Assembly (NCBI GenBank): GCA_964556345.1
Contig: CAZKWA010000004.1
Span: forward strand, 3,488 to 67,487
Direction: 5' to 3'
Length of the DNA stretch: 64,000 nt
Origin: an uncultured Alcanivorax sp.
GTDB lineage: Bacteria; Pseudomonadota; Gammaproteobacteria; Pseudomonadales; Alcanivoracaceae
This document shows, piece after piece, positions 38,529 to 46,489 of this stretch. Under the pieces are notes generated by a model. The model ran no database searches and was not told the DNA's origin. It was given only the letters and a program-made list of their open reading frames with translations. Position numbers and translations under genes: made by a program. How positions within the stretch are numbered: the stretch's first letter is position 1; every line of letters starts with the position of its first letter.

Positions 38529-39254
38529 ATGGTTGAAGTGGAGTTCCATATTCTTTCGGACCGCAAGGAGGGATTGCTGAGAGACTTGGGTCAGGTGGTG
38601 GTGAGCAGCCGCTTCAACCTGATCAGCCAGCGCCTCGAGCGGGCCGACGAGGGGGTCCGGCTGCGCCTGTTGCTGCGTGGCCCGGAGGCGGACCTGATGG
38701 ACCTGGAAGAAGGGCTCGCTTGCCACCCCCGGGTTCAGGGCTATGAGTCGATCCGCCACGATGCCGCGGCACCGGTGACCGCCGGGCGCGGGGAACAGCA
38801 GGAACCGGCCGTGCATCAAGTGGAGGCGGTGCTCGGTTCCATAGCCCAGGATTATCCCATCGTTTTTCCCCGTCTGCTGGGCCTGCGCCGGGCTTTGTCG
38901 GAAACGGCCCGCGCCTCGACCTTGCGTTACGCCGGCCACCGCGTGGGGGTCTGGGTCTACAAAAGGGACTATGCCCTGGGCGGCAAGCTCACCTTTCAGG
39001 ACGCCCTCAAAAACATCGCCTTGCCGGCGGTGAAAAACCTGATCGGCGCCGAACTTCACGGACAGCGCCTGCGCATCGAAAGCACGCCGCTGTGTCGTCC
39101 CGGGGAAGGGGGCTTCAACGGTCATTTCTTCAGTGGTTATCTGGAGGGGTTGCTCGGCGAGGCCGATGTCGCGCGGGGGCTCAGGGTGGATGAAATCCGG
39201 TGTTGCAGTGACGGCGCTGAACATTGTGAATTCGAAATAAATACAACGACCTGA
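38529..39254 (+). CDS. ACT-like N-terminal domain plus V4R (4-vinyl reductase-type) ligand-binding domain protein
   Basis: 241 aa from ATG 38529 behind GGGGG. The N-terminus VEVEFHILSDRKEGLLRDLGQVV has an ACT-like pattern. The C-terminus CRPGEGGFNGHFFSGYLEGLLG...EIRCCSDGAEHCEFEI is the V4R Cys pattern. Confidence 0.7.
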   Translation: MVEVEFHILSDRKEGLLRDLGQVVVSSRFNLISQRLERADEGVRLRLLLRGPEADLMDLEEGLACHPRVQGYESIRHDAAAPVTAGRGEQQEPAVHQVEAVLGSIAQDYPIVFPRLLGLRRALSETARASTLRYAGHRVGVWVYKRDYALGGKLTFQDALKNIALPAVKNLIGAELHGQRLRIESTPLCRPGEGGFNGHFFSGYLEGLLGEADVARGLRVDEIRCCSDGAEHCEFEINTTT

Positions 39255-39268
39255 AAACGGGGGAATCT

Positions 39269-40006
39269 ATGGAAGGCGAATACAGCTGGGGCCTGGTGGC
39301 CCTCTCTTATGGCGTTTCAGTGCTGGGCGCGCTGACCGCCCTGCAGTTGGCGATCGGTATCCCGTTGGCGCGCGGGCGGACCCAGCAGTTCATGGCGGTA
39401 CTGGCGGCCGCGCTGGCCATGGGGGGCGGGGCGATCTGGTCGATGCATTTCATCGCCATGCTGGCTTACGAAATGCCCGTGCCGGTGGTCTATGATACCG
39501 GCCTGACCCTGATCTCCGCGATCATCGCCGTGCTGTCATGTGCCCTGGGGCTGGCCATGGCGGGGATTGGCACCTTCACCCTGGGCAAAGTCATCGCCGC
39601 CGGCTCATTCATGGGCCTGGGCGTGGCCGGCATGCACTACACCGGCATGGCGGCGATGCGGATGCCGATGGCGATCCATTATGACCCGGCGCTGTTGCTG
39701 TTGTCGGTGGCCATCGCCATGGGCGCGTCCATGGTGGCCTTGAGGCTGGCGTTCACATTGCGCGGCGGTTGGCAGATGGCCGGTAGCGCGGTGATCATGG
39801 GCGTGGCCGTCTGTGGCATGCACTACACCGGCATGGCCGCGGCACGCTACACCCCCTTGGACCGCGCCGCTCCGGCGGGCGCCTTGGGCACCCTGGGCGG
39901 CGACTACCTGGGGCCGACGATTTTTCTGATCACCGTGGTGTTGCTCGGCGTGGCTTTGATCGTCAGTCATACTCGCCATCAGCGCCGCCAGGCGGTGAGT
40001 ATATAG
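39269..40006 (+). CDS. stand-alone MHYT-domain membrane protein
   Basis: 245 aa, all transmembrane. Three MHYT-type motifs are present (SMHFIAM, GMHYTGM, GMHYTGM). No C-terminal output domain. 14 nt downstream of the V4R gene. Confidence 0.8.
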   Translation: MEGEYSWGLVALSYGVSVLGALTALQLAIGIPLARGRTQQFMAVLAAALAMGGGAIWSMHFIAMLAYEMPVPVVYDTGLTLISAIIAVLSCALGLAMAGIGTFTLGKVIAAGSFMGLGVAGMHYTGMAAMRMPMAIHYDPALLLLSVAIAMGASMVALRLAFTLRGGWQMAGSAVIMGVAVCGMHYTGMAAARYTPLDRAAPAGALGTLGGDYLGPTIFLITVVLLGVALIVSHTRHQRRQAVSI

Positions 40007-41078
40007 GCAGCTCGCCGGTCTGGCCGCGCCAGTCCGGCGCCAGGCCGAAGCGAAGTTCGCCGGTGGTAATGGTGCTGGTGCCGGAAAAGAAAAACATCCC
40101 CAGGGTGATCAACTGCAGGCTGATGATCACCCCGGGTTGCCAGAGCGCCGCCAGCCCCGCCGCCAGGGAGGGCGGGGTGGCGCCCGCTTCGGGCAGCAGC
40201 AGGCTGATCAGCACTCCGTAACCGGCGGCCAGCAACGCCATGCTCTGGTAGGCGGAAAAGCCGCGGCTGCCGCCACGGTAGTCGGCGCGCAGAAATTCCG
40301 AATACACCCGCCACAACTGGCTGCCCACCAGGGCCAGGGCGAACGCCGCCGCGAACCACCCATGGAAAAACAGGCTCATGCACAGCAGCGCCAGGGCGGT
40401 GTGCAGCACGCAGGTGAGCGCCTGGATGGGCACCACCCGCACCGCTTCCATATCGCCGGCGAACGCGATCTTCTTGGTCTTTCCCACGAACACATGATGC
40501 AGGCGGGCGAAGCAGCGGCGGGCCCAGCGCGGCGCCAGGTGCACCGGTTTGCCGTAGCAGCAGCCGAAACTGATGCAGGCCAGGCGGCCGACGCCTTCGC
40601 CGAGCACATAGGCGATCGCCATGGCGGCCAGCAGCGGCATGATCGGCAGGGCGGTGTGCCAGATCGAGCGGGCGGCGGCGTCGGCGCCCCACAGCAGCAG
40701 TGGCGTCAGCATAATGCCGATAAAGCTGGCGCCGCCCACGGTGAAGCCATGGCGGTTCTTCTCCACCACGGTGGCGATGATCTTGGCCGCCGGCAGACAG
40801 ACGGCGAGCACGCCGGCGGTGAGCCCCAGGGCGATGGCCAGCGGTACCTGGGAGGCGCCGGTGAGCACGATGAAAGCGGCCACGCCGACGCCCCCGGCGA
40901 GGCCGGTGAACAGGCCGTAGAACGTCAGATTGAGTCCGCGCCAGGAGCCGTCGTCGTTTTTCGCCAGGGGCAGGGAGGCGACGAACTGCCAGCGCTCGCG
41001 GGGCAGCTCTCGGAACAACACCCGGTAAACGACGGCGAACACCAGGGCCAGGGCCAGTATCAACAGATCCGCGTGCAT
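39963..41078 (-). CDS. Lgt-family (prolipoprotein diacylglyceryl transferase-like) membrane protein
   Basis: 371 aa polytopic protein. GEGVGRLACISFGCCYGKP resembles the GR..C...GCCYG variant of the Lgt family signature. Its 3' end overlaps the MHYT gene by 44 nt. Confidence 0.55.
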   Translation of the reverse strand: MHADLLILALALVFAVVYRVLFRELPRERWQFVASLPLAKNDDGSWRGLNLTFYGLFTGLAGGVGVAAFIVLTGASQVPLAIALGLTAGVLAVCLPAAKIIATVVEKNRHGFTVGGASFIGIMLTPLLLWGADAAARSIWHTALPIMPLLAAMAIAYVLGEGVGRLACISFGCCYGKPVHLAPRWARRCFARLHHVFVGKTKKIAFAGDMEAVRVVPIQALTCVLHTALALLCMSLFFHGWFAAAFALALVGSQLWRVYSEFLRADYRGGSRGFSAYQSMALLAAGYGVLISLLLPEAGATPPSLAAGLAALWQPGVIISLQLITLGMFFFSGTSTITTGELRFGLAPDWRGQTGELPIYSPPGGADGEYD

Positions 41079-41149
41079 GGTTTCTCTCCCTTGAACGTTG
41101 TCTCTTGACCGTTAACAGGAGCAGGCTAGGCCGGGCCCGGGGACGCACC

Positions 41150-41177
41150 GGTGACAGCGTGGTGACGGTTCGGTGAC
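41150..41177. promoter_or_regulatory. three GGTGAC direct repeats at exact 11-bp spacing
   Basis: GGTGAC occurs at 41150, 41161 and 41172, in the 184-bp divergent intergenic region between the Lgt-like and GMC genes. The helical-phase spacing is typical of winged-helix response-regulator sites. Confidence 0.3.
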
Positions 41178-41262
41178 CGTCGCCGCGTGGACAAGCCGCG
41201 ACGCCCGAATTATGGTGCATAAAAAAGCATTAGTGCCCGGCCGGGCGCATAGGGGATAAACC

Positions 41263-42831
41263 ATGGAAAGGGTGAGCACGCTGATTATCGGCAGCGGCTT
41301 CGGCGGTGCCGTCATGGCCTGCCGGTTGGCGGAAAAAGGGGACAAGGTGGTGGTGCTGGAGCGGGGGCGGCGCTGGTTGCCGGAGGACTACCCCAGCGTC
41401 AGCCAGCGCGACTGGTTGTGGGACGAGGACGAGCCGGAGCAGCAAAACGGCTGGCTGGATTTCCGCTATTTCGGCGACATGAGCGTGGCCCTGGGCGCCG
41501 GCGTGGGGGGCGGTTCGCTGATCTACGCCAATGTCAGCGTGGCGCCGCCACCGGAGGTGTTCGAGCAGGGCTGGCCGGAGGCGATCCGCTTCGACACGCT
41601 GCGCGAGCATTTCCGCGTCAGCGGCGAAATGCTCAACGTGCAGACCCTGCCGGACCACCAGTGGACCCCGCGCACCCGTCTGATGCACGAAGCCGCCGAC
41701 AAGCTCGGCCAGCGGGACCGGTTCCGGGTGGTGCCCCAGGCGATCAGCTTCGATCCTGACTGGCACGAGGGTCTGGATAACGCCTACAGCTACCGGCGCA
41801 GTAAAACCTGGGTCAATGCCCAGGGGCGGCGGCAGGGCACCTGCGTGCACTGTGGCAATTGCGATCTGGGCTGCCCGGTGCAGGCCAAGAATACCCTGGA
41901 TCTCAACTATCTGGCCCGGGCCGAGCAAAAAGGCGCGCGGATCCGTCCGCTTCATCACGCGCGCTGGATCCGCCCCCTGGACGGCGGCGGCTACGAAGTC
42001 GGGGTACGCGACCTCGACGCCCGGGCCTGGCGGCTGCTGCGCGCCGACAAGGTGATCGTCGCCGCCGGCAGCGTCGGCTCCACCGAGCTGTTGCTGCGCT
42101 GCCGCGATCAGTACAAAACGCTGCCCCGGCTGAGCCGCGCCCTGGGCCGGGGCTGGACCAGCAACGGTGACTTTTTCACGCCGGCGTTCTACCCCGACCG
42201 GCAGCTGGCGCCGAGCCGTGGGCCCACCATCACCTCCGCCATTGATTATCTGGACGGCAGTGACGGCGGCGCCCGGTATTTCGTGGAGGACGGCGGGGTG
42301 CCGGATGTGCTCGGCAACCTGCTGCGCCATGCCGGCAAACACCCCAAGCTGGCGCGCACCCGGCTGGCGGCGGCGCTGCTGGAATACCGCCGCGACAACA
42401 CGCCGTTCGAGCACATGATGCCCTGGTTCGGGCAGGCCCGTGACGATCCGGGCGGGCGCTTTTATCTCGGGCGGCGCTGGTACGCGCCCTGGAAGCGCGA
42501 CCGGCTGCGGTTGCGCTGGGACTACCGCAAGGCGGAGAAGGCGGTGCAGGGGCTGGCGGACCGGCACCTGGCGCTCACCGAGGTGACCGGCGGGCGGGCC
42601 ACCACGCCGGCCACCTGGCGGTGGTTCAGGAATCTGATCACGCCGCACCCGCTGGGCGGCTGCAATATGGCCGATACCGTGAAAGAGGGCGTGGTCAACC
42701 ACGCCGGCGAGGTGTTCAATTACCCTCAATTATTCGTGGTCGACGGCGCCACGGTGCCGGGCTCCCTGGGGTTGAACCCCTCGCGCACCATTGCCGCGCT
42801 GGCGGAACACGCCGCCGCGCAATGGCGCTGA
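41263..42831 (+). CDS. GMC-family FAD oxidoreductase, cholesterol-oxidase-like
   Basis: 522 aa. TLIIGSGFGGAVMACRLAEKGDKVVVLERG, with C-terminal ...HPLGGCNMA...FVVDGATVPGSLGLNPS. Confidence 0.8.
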   Translation: MERVSTLIIGSGFGGAVMACRLAEKGDKVVVLERGRRWLPEDYPSVSQRDWLWDEDEPEQQNGWLDFRYFGDMSVALGAGVGGGSLIYANVSVAPPPEVFEQGWPEAIRFDTLREHFRVSGEMLNVQTLPDHQWTPRTRLMHEAADKLGQRDRFRVVPQAISFDPDWHEGLDNAYSYRRSKTWVNAQGRRQGTCVHCGNCDLGCPVQAKNTLDLNYLARAEQKGARIRPLHHARWIRPLDGGGYEVGVRDLDARAWRLLRADKVIVAAGSVGSTELLLRCRDQYKTLPRLSRALGRGWTSNGDFFTPAFYPDRQLAPSRGPTITSAIDYLDGSDGGARYFVEDGGVPDVLGNLLRHAGKHPKLARTRLAAALLEYRRDNTPFEHMMPWFGQARDDPGGRFYLGRRWYAPWKRDRLRLRWDYRKAEKAVQGLADRHLALTEVTGGRATTPATWRWFRNLITPHPLGGCNMADTVKEGVVNHAGEVFNYPQLFVVDGATVPGSLGLNPSRTIAALAEHAAAQWR

Positions 42832-42855
42832 CCCTTCGACAGTAAGCGAGACGTT

Positions 42856-43446
42856 ATGAGCGACGACAACCGATACCATGTACGCCTGACCGGTGAACTG
42901 ATGGCCGGCGCCGACGCCGCCGAGGTGGCGGCGAACCTGGCGCGCCTGTTCAAGATGCCTGAGCAGAAGGCCGCCCTGTTGATCAACGGTACGCCCAGGG
43001 TGGTGAAGAAAGACGCCGACGAGGCCACCGCGCGAAAGTTCCAGGTCGCCCTGCGGCAGGCCGGGGCGCGCTGCGAACTGCTGCCGGTGAACGACGAGGC
43101 GGCTCCCGCGGCGCCGACGCCGGCACCCCGGGACGCGGCGCCTGAAGAGCCGGCGCCCCGGGAGCCGGCGGCATCACAAGCCGTCGCGGCTTCGGCGACC
43201 GCCGCGCCTCAGAGTGGGGACCTTGAAACGGTGGGGACGATCCGCACCGGCGGTACCGGTTTCAGCGGTGCCTTTGAAGTGGCGCCGGTGGGCGCGGATC
43301 TGGATACCTCGGAGAAGGACCAACCGGCGGCGCCGGATGTCAGCCACCTTTCCATGGCCGAGCCCGGCGCCGACCTGGAGCCGCTTAAACCGCGCCAGGA
43401 CGTGGTGGTGCCGGACATCAGCCACCTGTCGATCAAACCGGACTAG
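42856..43446 (+). CDS. hypothetical protein with Pro/Ala-rich linker and repeated PD(V/I)SHLS motif
   Basis: 196 aa with coding-type GC3 bias. It has a small N-terminal globular domain, a low-complexity middle, and two PDVSHLSM / PDISHLSI repeats at the C-terminus. Confidence 0.55.
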   Translation: MSDDNRYHVRLTGELMAGADAAEVAANLARLFKMPEQKAALLINGTPRVVKKDADEATARKFQVALRQAGARCELLPVNDEAAPAAPTPAPRDAAPEEPAPREPAASQAVAASATAAPQSGDLETVGTIRTGGTGFSGAFEVAPVGADLDTSEKDQPAAPDVSHLSMAEPGADLEPLKPRQDVVVPDISHLSIKPD

Positions 43447-43459
43447 CGCTCAACGTGCA

Positions 43460-44002
43460 TTAGCCCTGGGGGCCGTCCGGGCCCTGGAAATGCAGCATCA
43501 TTTCTTCCAGCACGTCGGGGATGCCGTTGGCCATTTGCCGCACCAGCTGGCTGTCGTTCCAGACTTCGTCCAGGGCCGGGTCGTCGTCGACGCCGGAAAT
43601 CAGCAGCATGGGCAGCAACCAGGTGGCCATGGGGTCGTCGTCTTCGTCGCTGTGCCAGCGCTCTTCGTGGAGCAGCATGCCGCTCAGGAAACCGGCGCAC
43701 CAGGAGGCCAGATCGGCGCCGTCGTCCTCGCGGTAAGGGTCGAGCAGGCAGGGCAGTTTGATGCGCTCGCCGCCCAGAGTGTCGGTGAGCAGGCGGCCGC
43801 GCAGTTCGTCCAGCGCGCCGGCCACCGCTTCCGGCAAGGACATCTCCAGGGCCAGGCCGAAATCCGCCGGGCCGTCATAGGGGCCCACGGTGAAGGCGCA
43901 GATCAGCCCATGGGTCTCCACCCAGGAGGGGGCTTCCTCGCCCTGGCCGGCGAAGTAGGTTTCCACGGTGTGTTTCAGGTGGGGGTTGGAAATTCCGCTC
44001 AT
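43460..44002 (-). CDS. UPF0149 (YecA/YgfB-like) family protein
   Basis: 180 aa. ...ETHGLICAFTVGP...SWCAGFLSGMLLHEERW pattern of UPF0149. Confidence 0.65.
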   Translation of the reverse strand: MSGISNPHLKHTVETYFAGQGEEAPSWVETHGLICAFTVGPYDGPADFGLALEMSLPEAVAGALDELRGRLLTDTLGGERIKLPCLLDPYREDDGADLASWCAGFLSGMLLHEERWHSDEDDDPMATWLLPMLLISGVDDDPALDEVWNDSQLVRQMANGIPDVLEEMMLHFQGPDGPQG

Positions 44003-44018
44003 ACTGTCGCCGCTGCCG

Positions 44019-45167
44019 TTAATTGGGACGGCAAGGATACCCGCTTGCCGGCGCCCCTGAAACCGGCGGCGCGCAGTTGGTTCGCAGGGTGTCGCGGCCC
44101 GCGGCTTTCGCCTGATAGAGGGCCTGGTCGGCGCGCTCGATGAAGGCCAGGGCGGTTTCGCCCCATTGGTGGCCGGCCAGCCCGCAGGACAGGGTCACCC
44201 GCAGCGACGGGTCGAAACCGTAACGCTGTTCGGCGAACTTCTCCCGGAGACGGTTCATGGCCGCCTCGCAGTCGGCGTGGTCGGACTGCGGGAACAGCAC
44301 CACGAATTCCTCGCCGCCGTAGCGGGCGAGCACGTCGGAGCGCCGCAGGCACTGGCTGGCGAGGTCGGCGAAGCGTTTCAGCACCTCGTCGCCGGCCGGA
44401 TGGCCGTAGGTGTCATTGATGCGCTTGAAGTGATCCAGGTCCACCAGCGCGATGTGCAGGGGAATGTGCTCCCGGTCGGTGCGCGACAATTCCTCTTCCA
44501 GCCGCTCGAGAAAGTGGCGGCGGTTGAACAGGTCGGTGAGTTCATCGCGGATGGCGATGCTGGCCAGGCGGTCGTGGGCCTGGCGCAGCGATTCGCGCTG
44601 GGTCCGGAAGCGCTGCTGAAGATTGTGGATGTAACCGCCCATGTACACGAACCAGGCGAGGATCAGCGCCAGCACGCCCCATTGGCTCAACGACAGGGCG
44701 AGAATCTGGGTCAGTGGCAGTTCCACCCATTCGTAGACCAGCAGCACCGTGAACGACAGCTGGGCGGTGACCGCCATCACGATCTGCTGGCGGCGGTCCA
44801 GGGAGAAGACGCCAAAGGTCATCATGATCAGATAAAGACTGAGCAAGGCGCCACGCAGCTCCCGAGCGTAATGGAGCAGCAGGGTGATCACCAGGATACC
44901 GGCGAACATCTGCGCCATGGTCAGGCTGGGGTCCTTGAAACGCTCGGTGAAGCCGCTGCGCACCAGGACGAACACCACCAGATTGATCGCGAACAGGCTG
45001 CCGAAGATCACCAGATGGGGGGTGCGCGGGTCAAAGGCGGCGATTTCCACGCCGACCACGGTGCCGGCCCAGAGCAGCAGGTAGGAGTAGATCGCCATCA
45101 GTTGCCGGCGCAACCGCAGGGCGCGTTCGGGACGGTGGGAAAGAACCAGCTTGGTATCGTTATTCAA
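44019..45167 (-). CDS. membrane-anchored diguanylate cyclase (GGDEF)
   Basis: 382 aa. About 6 N-terminal TM helices, then RDELTDLFNRRHF...LDHFKRINDTYGHPAGDEVL...RYGGEEFVVLF. Confidence 0.9.
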   Translation of the reverse strand: MNNDTKLVLSHRPERALRLRRQLMAIYSYLLLWAGTVVGVEIAAFDPRTPHLVIFGSLFAINLVVFVLVRSGFTERFKDPSLTMAQMFAGILVITLLLHYARELRGALLSLYLIMMTFGVFSLDRRQQIVMAVTAQLSFTVLLVYEWVELPLTQILALSLSQWGVLALILAWFVYMGGYIHNLQQRFRTQRESLRQAHDRLASIAIRDELTDLFNRRHFLERLEEELSRTDREHIPLHIALVDLDHFKRINDTYGHPAGDEVLKRFADLASQCLRRSDVLARYGGEEFVVLFPQSDHADCEAAMNRLREKFAEQRYGFDPSLRVTLSCGLAGHQWGETALAFIERADQALYQAKAAGRDTLRTNCAPPVSGAPASGYPCRPN

Positions 45168-45349
45168 TGCAAAGGCCCGCCTGGTGTTGCCGCCCCTGGC
45201 TGTTTCTCAAGGTGTCCGGTCCCTGAGATGAACGCCGCATCTCATACTTTATCATTGTGTCATGGTTCACACTTTAGTGGTTGCTGGTACCAAAGCAAGG
45301 GTATGACTTGCCGGTCACACCGAAATAGTGCCAGACTCGTCGAGTTAAA

Positions 45350-45359
45350 CAAACGTTTG
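45350..45359. promoter_or_regulatory. CAAACGTTTG palindrome upstream of the ACAD pair (candidate TetR/PsrA-like operator)
   Basis: Perfect 10-bp palindrome 20 nt upstream of ATG 45379, embedded in TTAAACAAACGTTTGATT. It resembles the AAAC...GTTT half-sites of fatty-acid-degradation repressors. Confidence 0.3.
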
Positions 45360-45378
45360 ATTGGTTTATGAGGATGCC

Positions 45379-46476
45379 ATGTCCACCGATTTGCCTATCG
45401 ATCTGAGATTGTCCGAAGAGCAGCGCATCAGCCGCGAAGGCATGCGCCGCTTCGCCTCGCAGACCCTGGCGCCCGGCGCTCGCGCCGCCGATGAAGCGGC
45501 CGCCGCCGACCCCGGGGTGCTGGCGGGCATCGCTGGCTTCGGCCTGACGCTGATGAGCCTGCCGGAAGCCCTGGGCGGTGCCGGCCTGCCGCGCTCGCCG
45601 ATGGGCAATGTGCTCGCCTGCGAGGACCTGGGGGAGGGCGATCTGAGCCAGGCCCTGGCAGGCCTGGCGCCGCTGGGCGTGGTCAATGCCCTGCTGGATT
45701 TCGGTGACGAGGCCCAGCACGAGGCCTGGCTGCCGCGCTTCGCCAGCGAACAGCCGGTGCCGGCGGCGGTGGCGCTGGCGGAACCGCGCGCCACCTTCGA
45801 ACCCGGCGACCCGCGGACCACGGCCCGCCGCGACGGCGATCACTATGTGCTGGACGGCGAGAAATGCCTGATCCCGCTGGTGGAGCAGTGCCAGTTGTTC
45901 CTGGTGGTGGCCGCCGCCGACGACGGTCCGGCGGCCTTCATCGTCGAGGCGGACAGCGCCGGCCTGGGCCGTGAGCGCCGTGATTACATGGGTCTGCGCA
46001 GCGCCGAGCCCGGCACTCTGACCCTGGAAGGGGTGCGTGTTCCCGCCTCCCAGCGCCTGGCCCATTTCGATCTGGAGCGGTTGGTGAGTCTGTCCCGGAT
46101 CGGCCTGGCGGCGCTGGCCACCGGCTGTTGCCAGGCGGTGCTGGCGCAATGCGTGCCTTATGCCCTGGAGCGCAAGGCGTTCGGCGAGGCGATCGCCCGG
46201 CGTCAGTCGGTGGCCTTCATGATCGCGGACATGGGCATCGAGATTGAAGGCATGCGCCTGCTGACCTGGCGCGCCGCCAGCCGCGCGGAGCAGGGCCTGC
46301 CGTTCCAGCGCGAGGCCTATCTGGCGTTCCTGCAAAGCATGGAGAAAGCCATGCGCATCGCCACCGACGGCGTGCAGGTGTTCGGCGGCGCCGGCTTCGT
46401 GCGCGATTACCCGCTGGAAATGTACTACCGGAACCTGCGCGGCCTGTCGGCCCTGCACGGCGTTTTGATGGTGTGA
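45379..46476 (+). CDS. acyl-CoA dehydrogenase-fold protein lacking catalytic and FAD motifs (putative beta subunit)
   Basis: 365 aa from ATG 45379 behind GAGGA. ACAD fold throughout, but LAEPRATFEP replaces TEPxxGSD. The C-terminus ends YRNLRGLSALHGVLMV, with His where the catalytic Glu of the EGT motif should be. Confidence 0.75.
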   Translation: MSTDLPIDLRLSEEQRISREGMRRFASQTLAPGARAADEAAAADPGVLAGIAGFGLTLMSLPEALGGAGLPRSPMGNVLACEDLGEGDLSQALAGLAPLGVVNALLDFGDEAQHEAWLPRFASEQPVPAAVALAEPRATFEPGDPRTTARRDGDHYVLDGEKCLIPLVEQCQLFLVVAAADDGPAAFIVEADSAGLGRERRDYMGLRSAEPGTLTLEGVRVPASQRLAHFDLERLVSLSRIGLAALATGCCQAVLAQCVPYALERKAFGEAIARRQSVAFMIADMGIEIEGMRLLTWRAASRAEQGLPFQREAYLAFLQSMEKAMRIATDGVQVFGGAGFVRDYPLEMYYRNLRGLSALHGVLMV

Positions 46477-46489
46477 GGAGGCCCCGCCG

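Noticed and set aside
45227-45277. 16-codon mini-ORF (MNAASHTLSLCHGSHF) in the leader region of the ACAD pair, as a possible leader peptide.
   Set aside because: There is no Shine-Dalgarno sequence, no attenuator-like alternative hairpins, and no enrichment of a regulatory amino acid.
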